Origin: Bugula neritina
Lineage: Eukaryota > Animalia > Bryozoa
Assembly (NCBI GenBank): GCA_964035545.1
Contig: OZ037769.1
Span: 7,111,929 to 7,175,928 of the forward strand
DNA length: 64,000 bases
Direction of reading: 5' to 3'
Shown here: positions 53,742-64,000 of the stretch, piece by piece
How the letters are laid out: every line of letters begins with the position of its first letter
Numbering within the stretch: the stretch's first letter is position 1
Notes under the pieces: model-generated
The model's input: only the letters and a program-made list of their open reading frames with translations
Told to the model about the DNA's origin: nothing
Databases searched by the model: none
Made by a program: the position numbers and the translations under genes

Positions 53742-56700
53742 CTACAAAATTCAAGAAAGAATGTGGAACACATATTCTGAAAACAATGGACCTGTTACTT
53801 GAGGACAGCTGAAATTGAAATATACAAATGAGCTAGGCATGATACTACATATGGAAACTGCTTTTAACAAGAAATGCATTAACATACTAAACGTATGATT
53901 TCTAGCTCTTTGAATAATGCAAATATAATATGCTTATGGTATTATGCAAGTATAGGGATAGGAATAATTCTACGTACATGTACGTGTTGGGATTTGTAAT
54001 TTTAACCTCTTCTTACATGAACATTAATTGGTAAACAAACATGAATAAAACTGAGATGTATATATTTATTTAGTCACATTATAACATATAGATAACACCT
54101 AATATTAATTATATACTTGATGAATTATACAGATTTGATATAACCTGGTGTTTACTTCACCTATAAAATATAATATCTACAAAATCAACACGTGAACAAC
54201 AACTAGCACATATTATTATAAAATCTTGTTATAAAAACATATATTCCAGAATATGGGTCATGGTAGAAATGATGCTGGTATAACTTATAATCCTTAAAGA
54301 TTCTTATATGATCAAAGTCAAAAAGTTCTCATCAACAAATTCTTTCCTATTTATTCGGGAAATTCTGATCAACCAGCAACTTACTTGGTTGATCAATCGA
54401 CTTAGAGTCATCGCTAATACCTAATACTGAGGAGTTTCATTGTAAGTAACTTGATCTATTTTTTGTGAGGTACTAATTTTTTTATTATTATTATTTGTTT
54501 TGTTATTGTATAATTTGTACTTGATGGAGAAGCTATCATTGAATTGAAGAAAAATTATTTTGAAGTCACATAAATTACACTTGAAGGAATATTGTTAAAA
54601 TTGGGAATTTATTTGAGTTACATAAGTTGTTTGAGGAAACTATCTTGGAATCGTTTGATCCTTAAAGTTACACCAAATTTATGTTTAACAGGCTTATCAA
54701 TTTTGTTGCCAGTATATTATACACAGCACGGTTTCAAAGGATCGCTAGGATATATTTATTTTATTTCTTTTGGGTTTGGTTATTATAATAAATTTATTGG
54801 TCTTATAATTTTTGTTTTCATATCGTTATCAAATAGATATTCTAAAACATATAAAAAATTCACAGTTTCATTCATTTCCGGAGAGGCAGGTCCTAAATTT
54901 GTCTCACGAAATTTATAACCTGAGTGCTATCATTACATAATACACATAGAACCACATATATTGTTTATACATGGATAATATTGCCAAACCAAACCATAAA
55001 TTAACATTTGTCGAGCGGAGATAACTCCTATTTTTATTCTACAGTTGCTGGATTGCACACATTAATTTCAAAAGCAAAATTATTAGGTAATATCTAAATG
55101 ATTAATTATCTCCCTTTGATCATTTCCAGCCAATCAATTTATCTTATTTAAAACAATAAATCTATAAATATACATATATTTTAATAAGTTATAAATTTTT
55201 TTTAATTTATTTTATTTTCTTTCAACATAACCTTTGCTTTGCTCTTTCACTGCTTGGTAAGCCAGTTTCTTGCATTTAAATTACAATTTACATATTTACT
55301 TACTGTAGCTTTGTTATGCAACATTTTCTTTTGTTCCACCAGATAATTTACACAAGTTACTTAGGCTTTTGAAATGGTTCACCTGATCCATCATTGACTA
55401 TTCAGTAGCTTGTTTCATTGTTAATTTTAACCTTCCTGTTTGAAACACATTTGCTAATAGCTCAGTGTGTTAGAGTTTAATGGTGCATCCCCCTGATCTC
55501 TCTTTTACACGCATTTTAAATTAGTCTGCTCTTCTTTTCACGAATAGAATTGACTAGTGAAACCTAAGCTGCCCATGTAAGAGATATATTCAGTTGGAAA
55601 TTTTTTGTTAATAAATGCAGCTGCGGCTTTAGCCTCTGATAAACAGAGTGGGGCAATGTTTAATAGCAGTCTGGTTACAAGTTATTTGGGAATATCTGAA
55701 TATATAAACTTTAGACGCTAGTCAACTTTGGTTCATAGAAATATCGAAGTCATACACACTAGGTTACAGGAGTTTCATTCCACTTATTTGCTTCCCAGTT
55801 GGGTGATATTTTTTATTTTGGTACAAAATATTATGTACCTTATATCCTTATACAACTTTTGTATTGATTGCTAAACATGAAATAACCATTAATATGATAT
55901 ATTTGCAATAATATTCCAATTTTCACAAATTTGCGTGGAACATTTTTTCAAACAACAAAAGGTATAGGAAATGTAAAATTATTAAGTTAAAGCAGATTAA
56001 AGAAATTTATTTGTGTGCCAATTACAAAGAGCAATTGATTAAAGTTTATTTAAATAAACATATATTTTAATAGTATTCAAATAAATTGCACATAAAATAT
56101 ATAAATAGCATCTAACTGGGAAGCACTATTTGATATTACACAAATACAGGGTTCAATTTGAGTGTTCACTCTACCCTAGTTTCCTATAAAGCTTTGTGAT
56201 CATCATTAGTGCACGTGTGAACGCATAATGTTGTTAGGTGAACAACTGTCAATGGTCCCATAGTTCTTATGTAAATAAAATTTTGTTTGAACATATTTAG
56301 TTGTAGCATTGATCTCACTTTCTGCTCCCATTAACCACTGTTTAGCTTCATTCAGATCTAGTGTTGATGATTACATATGTCAACAAAAATTAAAAAAGAA
56401 TAATTTTATAAAAATATTAATAAAATACTCATATACTAAGTATCTAAAATGAAATATTTAAGTGAGTATCTAAATGAAACATTTAACTGGGTAAAGTATT
56501 TAACTAATTGAATCTCTGAAATGTTTTGTGAATAATGTATGGAATATGCAAATGACGTTTGTTGTGTGATATAAAGTATGTGAATGAAAATGTCCAACTA
56601 AATTGTATATGATACGTGTAAACAGTGTAAAAGAATACCCGTAACTAATCAAGCTTAAACCTAATTTGCATGAGCAAGAATTTTGAATGTCATTTAGTTA

Positions 56701-58968
56701 AAACTAGGATATTATGTAGAACGATATTAGAATTATCTTTGCTCGACAAATGTTAGGTTTTGGTTTGGCTTTAACAAAATTATTTATGCATGGATAATAT
56801 ATATATGTGGTTCTATGTGTGTAATGGTAGTAAATCTGAACATTAATCTTCGGGAGGCAAATTTAGGACCTGCCCTTCCGAGGAATGAAACTATAGATTA
56901 TGTTTTTGTTTATAAATATCTATTTCATGATAATTACTTGATGGAAACAAAATTACAATAATAATAAAGATGATAACCAAACCAAAAGAAAAGAAAAGAA
57001 TTCCGACGATCCTTTGAAATCTTGCTGTGCAATAGAATACAATCAACTTACAAAATTAATGAGCCTTCAAATATGACTTTATATAATTTCAACATCAATA
57101 ATTAAAAAACTCTCTCAAAAATAAAATATGGTTTCTATAATTTGTGCAGTTTAAAACATTCAATAATTTTCTCAATTCAAAATATTAGTTTTCTTCAAAT
57201 ACAATTTTGTGCTGCTTTAATATTCAATGATTAATAAATTTTCTCCCAATTCAAAAATGATAGTTTTCTTCAAATACAATTTTGTGCTGCTTTAATATTC
57301 AATGATTAAAAAATTTTCTCCCAATTCAAAAATAATAGTTTTCTTCAAATACAATTTTGTGCTGCTTTAATATTCAATGATTAATAAATTTTCTCCCAAT
57401 TCAAAAATAATAGTTTTCTTCAAATACAATTTTGTGCTGCTTTAACATTCAATGATTAATAAATTTTCTCCCAATTCAAAAATAATAGTTTTCTTCAAAT
57501 ACAATTTTGTGCTGCTTTAATATTCAATGATTAATAAATTTTCTCCCAATTCAAAATTAAAAGTTTTCTTCAAATACAATTTTCCTCAATATAATGATAT
57601 CTCTAAGTATATAAATTTTCTCAGTATATCTTCTCATCAACAACAAAAATATATAATAAAATAACTTACTATAACTGTTTCAGTTTGTCTTATACCTCTG
57701 TATCATCATGATAAATATTACATACATGTATATTAATTATAATAACTGTACTACTAATATTGTTTCCTTTACACTATTATTGCTTCTTTGTCTGCTGCTG
57801 TTCTTCTTTCCTTCTTTCCTTCTCTCTCTCTTAATCTGATGTTGTTTCTGTCGGCTGTTTTATAGGTAACTTCCTTGGCAGGGTTTCGGGTTCCAGAGCA
57901 TCAGTGATATCGCAGATTAACTTCGTTAGGTAAGTTGCCAGTTGGCTTACAGCACCAAATAGAGGGGGCTGGTTGACATAAATGGGAGTTGTTGGTGATA
58001 AGTTGTTGGCTCATCTTTGTATAAGGATCTTTGAATTACGCAGGTTACATCAATATTAATATTGTGCCACAACCTGAAGCATAATTTTTTTTAAAGCTAA
58101 AAATAAATAACTATATATATCCATATATATAAAATGCATTGGCTACTGTTCACTTGCTAACTTTTGTAACATGATGTCATCATCAAACTATATATACAGG
58201 CTGCATGATTTATCAAGCATAAAATATTGTATATCATCCATGTGTTAACATGACTGCATATATAAATCCAAACTTAATTTATTCCTGTTTGTTTTTCAAT
58301 TAATGTTTATTTAAAAAAAGGCCAAACATTACAAATTCCAACACGTGAACATGACAATATAAAATAATCTCAAATTCCACAATTAATTGTATAAAACAGC
58401 TTTACTAAGCATATATCATAGTTGCATTATTTAAGAAGTTAGTAATTATATGTCTGGTATATTAATTAAATTTCCACGTAAAACCAATTTCTAATGTAAG
58501 ATTAAACTTAATTCATTCAAATTATATGTCTGCAGTATATTAATGAAATTTCCATGTGAAATCAAATTTCTATGTAAGATTCATTCAAGTTATATGTCTG
58601 GTATATTAATGGAATTTCTTATCAAGACCAATTGAGATTTTTTTATATTTCAACTTCTCTATCCAAATATAAAGCCAATTGCTTTCAAATAATATGTATT
58701 TTATACTTCTCTGTAGGTACACTGTTATAGTCAACATATGGTGACAGAGCAGACACAACAATTTACCAACCTGTCATCGCAGCCATCTCACCACAAGTAT
58801 TTAAGAAACGGGGAGACTTCAACACTGAATGAATCACATTTCTTGAAAACATAGCTTGTAAAATATAGAAGTAAGAAAATAAACATAAACAAAACATTTC
58901 ATTTTGCAGACTTTGCAGAAAGCTCACTCTGATTGCAAAATTTAGCTGCACCACTTTTCTGAACTTAG
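53430..58968. repeat. Second copy of the giant degenerate palindrome
   Basis: Nearly identical to 34540-39930, apart from two extra units of the 75 bp repeat. Confidence 0.85.
57160..57585. repeat. 75 bp VNTR, ~5.7 units
   Basis: Anchors at 57209, 57284, 57359, 57434 and 57509. Confidence 0.92.
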
Positions 58969-59847
58969 ATGATTTGTCTTTATAACATTAATTAAAATTC
59001 CCATCTAACCATAACTGGTAGATCTGTATGAATATTTCTTTGTTTATTGTGCTAATTACATAACATCATCTTCATTATTAGTAATTCTACTCAACAAACA
59101 CAACACTGTAATGTAGTTAACTGTGTGTCTGTGGTTTTTATATCAATATAGTACATCCTACAAACACCTAAACACTAAAGCCTAATTAAGCTGATTTGGT
59201 GAAGTGCTAATAAAAATGTGAATAATATGATATATTATACTTTTAGCTCAGTTTTGTATTATGTGTAAAACTATTTTGACATTTTCCAAAATCAGCATTT
59301 CTATTATATTGAAGTAACATAAAAGTACAATTTTACATATCTAAGCAGTTTTGAAGGCTTTTCATGTGCGGGTTTTGCTAATATTCTTGCATTGCTTTAT
59401 AGACAGTAACATACCTTGCAGCAATTTATGTAAAAATGTTGTAATCAAAAGTAATAGGTACCACCAGATATATTTATTAGCTCTGTGTAAAACTTCTGAA
59501 TTTAACCTGTATTTTGTTTGTATTGATGAATTTATTTTGCATGTATCATTAATAAGGCATCTGTTTTTGCCATCAGAAATTTTATTCAGCCTAAATATCT
59601 TATTATAGCCAACATAAAAAGATGCACATAATATATTATAGTTATATAATATAATATGGGATGACTATATAATATTATATAATGTTATTATTATAATATA
59701 TATAGTAGTAATATATAATGTGACGATAATTAAAATTAATAATAATTACACTCAAATGCTATATTGTACCAACAATTTAGCTTTCAAAAATTATGCTGTT
59801 TGAATACCAAATACATTTATTCATGTTTGTTTTAGATATTGGCTAAC

Positions 59848-62800
59848 ATGAAACAAATAGCAACCTTGATACTCTTATTGGAGTTATCTGTCCTTCTACC
59901 TGTAATGCAGTGCAGCAGTGAGAGCTGCCCTGAGAATGCAGATGAATGTTCTTTTACCTTAGTTATAACCTCAAAGCTGACGATGATGAATGAAAATGGA
60001 AAAAGACTGGTGAAACCAAAAGATGGACAACTTTATGATATTGGTGACCTCAACACACCTTTAGACGATGGTAAGGGGTTTATAGAGTTACATTGCTTTC
60101 ATTACGTTACGTTACAGTTACGTTACTTTAATAATTTTTTAATGTATAATTATATATGCAATATAAAGTATATACAGTATACAACATATATGCAATGTAC
60201 ATTACATGCAACATATACAATATATGCAATATACTATATCTATGCAATATATAACAATATATGCAATAATGATTATGTAATAGGCTATTTATTATGCAAT
60301 ATATGTAATACACACTATGTAGTAAACAATAGTTTACATAATAAACATTACAAAATGTAATATGCACTGATACAGTATGTATAAGTTGTCACATGACGTA
60401 TAAATTTCTGACTCAATAAGCTATAATACAATATAATACAATATAATATAATATAATATAATATAATATAATGTAATATAATATAACATAACATGATATA
60501 ATATAATATAATACATAACAATACAATATAATATAATATAATATAATGTAATATAATATAACATAACATGATATAATATAATATAATACATAACAATACA
60601 ATACAATATAATATAATATAATACAGAGCTTAATTTATTGCAAATCACCAGAATAAGCTGCATAACAAAAGTTCTTTCTTATCTTTTCTTTGCTGGGTTT
60701 TTCCACCAGCTGGTAACTTCAGTACTCTGTTTTTTAAGCCAAATAATTGGTTTTTTCAAACATCAAATTTAGTTCAAGTTTTTTACAAATACTTTTAATT
60801 TAGTTCAAGCTAAACTGCAGTATAAAATTTATGTAACATTGTTATAACACAACTTATTTAATACATATACCATATAGTATAATTATTATTATGTAATACT
60901 TTGTTGAACAACATTCACCCATTTTCTCATCAATACTATTAAAAGATTGAAGAGTATTTATCAAAGTTTTTATATGGAAGCATTTGATGTGGCAGGTGAG
61001 TATATGCATAGCAGCTGTTGTCACATGACTGTATTATCTCAGGACACACAAGTCGATGTAGCAATGCCCATGTGTTTGTGTGTTGAGTATGTTTGAGCTT
61101 TCGCAGATAAAGTGTACACTCACTAAACTGAATAAAAGCTAAATCAATAGATAGATTGTTCATAAGTTTTGCAAAGCTCATTGATAATTTTAGAGATAAT
61201 GGAATTAAAAATAGTTGCAGTTTTGAAAGTTTATCATATTTATTGAGGCTGCATGAGTTTTTATTTTATGGCACTATATAACATTAACAATAACAAAATC
61301 TAAACTGTTAGAGGTTTCCATTCTGAAGTTTTGAGTATACATGTATACAAATTTTGCGGTTCTAATGATTTTTATGTAATAAAAACTTATACCAGTTCTC
61401 CCACCATATTCCCATGCATTCAATTAAGTAAAGAACAATATTTTCATTTATTTTGTGTATATTTTGAACATATGTGAAAAAAGGCAACTTGAATAAAAGT
61501 TAAAAGAATCTGGTTGTTTATTGCCATCAATAGATGCTATTTAATTATTAGTAATAATTTTTGAACTGAACTTGATTTTGTATATCGTAATTTATGCTTA
61601 TTAATTTTTTTTACTTGGTGAGCTTAAGCAATGAAGAAAGAGAAACTTGAGTCATAGAGTATTGCTTAAATTTCTAAAGTTGGTTCTGTCACACGATGTG
61701 CTGCAGTATGCGTGTGCTCACATGTATAACTGCGGCACATCAACCTGACGATCAAGTACTAATAGTTAACTGTGTATTTAACAGTCTCGGATATTGTACA
61801 AGCTGATGGTTACTACCAGAATCCAAGGTTGGTGATAGTTGCCAACAACTCCTTGCCTGGGCCTACTATAAATGTCACCGAAGGTCAAAAAGTGAAGGTC
61901 AAAGTCATCAACAACCTCCTATCCGAAGGTCAAAGCTTTATTTTACTATATATTATATAGTTTCATTGCATGACTATCATAACAGCTTAAGATATGCTTT
62001 ATATTTATAGCGAGAATTTTGAAAAAGTGAAAAATGTTGATGCTTATTTAAAGCACAGTATTGTATTGTATTAGTAGCTGCAATGCATAATTTGAAATTG
62101 ATCATGATAGCTGTTCTTTAGTGGAGTTATCTTGTAGATTTCAACCTAACTTGCAACTTTTGTTTAGCCATAAAGCAGTTTATAAAATCTGAATTATAGA
62201 CATTCATATTATTTTACTTGAACTACTCATACTTTTATTTTAAAAAGTTGAAATGTAATCATTTAAATGTTCTAGTACAAAAAATAATTGGGTGCTTTTA
62301 GCAAACACAAGTTTTGAAGTTATGCTTGTTATCAGCACAAAAGTAATTGTAACTGTTCTTGCGGAGATTAAAATTGACTGCGAATTGGGTATAAAGAGTA
62401 ATTCTTGCCAAAATGATGCTGCTAGTGATTTTTTATCCTTAATTTTTTAACTCTCTCTTTTTTTTGCTATTTTTTTCTCATTCTTGTAAATCTTTCATAA
62501 GTGTTAAACAAATAAAAACAAACAAACAAATAAAGATACATGCCTAGAGAGGAATGTTTTACATAGCAGTTATTTGAGCCACAACTCTACAAACCAAATA
62601 CATGAAGAAAAATGAAAGCAAAAATTTTAAAATTTCTGTATTTCTATTCATTATTGTTTGCAAGCACATGTTAATTGGTAATTGTTAATTGGTATTACTT
62701 TTATGCAGCTCCATTATTGATCTCTTTAGTATCTTTGTCATATATAGTAAACAGCCTATAAATAATATAATTAGTTCTAAGAAGATTCAATTAATAATAA

Positions 62801-63857
62801 TTTAATTCTCCTAAAATATGAACATAAACATGTGTTTGTAAAATTTGCAACAATTTCAGAGCTGTAGGTTAAATGAATGCCTCATAGTAATGGTAAAAAC
62901 ATATTAGAGTGATAATGCTTTTAATAGTTATGACTGTATACACAAAATACTACAGCATATATTACAAAATATATGCATATATATACAGTTATTGTATTTG
63001 AATTGTGACGCAATCAACTTCTTTTAATATTTTGCAGGTGTTACTATTCACTGGCACGGCGTTGTGCAGAAAAATACCAATTTTATGGACGGTGTGTCAT
63101 TCATTAACCAATGCCCCATTTCACCTGGCTTAAGCTTCACATATGAGTGAGCACCTGATTCAAACTCCTTTAGAAAATTTTTTGCCAAAGGCTTGCCAGT
63201 TGGCAGGACATGTTCATGATTACCATTCGGTGCTATTGAATATGCTGTAGGAGTTGATAAAGTACCTGTAGTGTTGAGAATCCCCTAGTATAAGCTTCCA
63301 TAGCATAATGAGTAGCACGCAGGTCCTTGTGAGTTGGAAGACTATGGTTGGATTCCGAGTTGGGGCAGTAGGTTTTGCAAGCTATTTCTTATAACTGTCA
63401 AAACTTTATTGTGTAAATAATTTTTCTAGGTTTACGGTAAACACTCCGAGTACTGACTTCTATCATGCACATATTGGAGCTCAAAGAACACAGGGATTAT
63501 TTGGCCCCCTTATAGTTAACAAGAAATCAGACAAGAATCTGGAAAAATACCGCGAGTACGTAATGGTATTGAATGATTGGAACCATGATTTTGATTCAAA
63601 CACAGGTAAACGGATTAATATAATATTGTTTTAACAATTTTTAGCGGCATAAAATTATAATGTTGTAAGATGCTTGTAATAGAATTTTTGTATTGTAAGA
63701 TGTAAAGCATGTTAACCTATATATGTATTCTAGCTGTCTAAACTGTGTTCTTGTTTTAGCTCATTTGAAATCAAAAGGATTCTTTGAACCTGATGGTGCA
63801 ACATTTTCACCTTTGAAGTCCTATGACAGTTCTAAATACTCTAACTTTAAGTGGCAT
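59848..63857 (+). CDS. Multicopper oxidase (laccase-like) copy 3, exons 1-5 only (continues past the window edge)
   Basis: Exons 59848-60070, 61785-61928, 63038-63146, 63430-63605, 63760-63857, open and phase-compatible. HWHG intact; second motif reads PSTDFYHAH. Confidence 0.92.
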
Positions 63858-64000
63858 GTAAGTTATATATTACTGATACCATGATGTATTTACAAAAGTA
63901 AGTATGTAAGTAACTTCTAACTCCTGTAGGTGATATGTAATTTATTATGTTACATAAAGTAAAATACCTACAGAGTTGTGTTATAATATTTTAATTGCAG

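Overview
This is AT-rich, intron-containing eukaryotic (animal-type) genomic DNA. Most ORFs in the track are artefacts of microsatellites or of exons read on into introns. The main feature is a + strand tandem array of three closely related multicopper oxidase (laccase-like) genes with a repeat period of about 22 kb and then 19 kb. Copies 1 (18819-31591) and 2 (40810-51370) are complete: 13 coding exons, 684 aa, signal peptide, all four copper-binding motifs, Met as T1 axial ligand and a GPI-signal-like C-terminus. Copy 3 (from 59848) runs off the window. Each spacer between copies holds a ~410 bp palindrome, a decayed multi-exon gene of unknown family on the - strand, and an old degenerate ~5.4 kb spacerless palindrome whose right arm points into the next oxidase. 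The duplication junction appears to separate copies 2 and 3 from the upstream region (candidate 5' non-coding exon) of copy 1. The first 18 kb is mostly decayed repeats: a 2.3 kb (CA)n tract, a Gypsy element with a nested LTR and a C2H2 zinc-finger ORF remnant, a Tc1 remnant, tRNA-derived SINEs, MITEs and small tandem repeats. All alignments and counts were done by eye.
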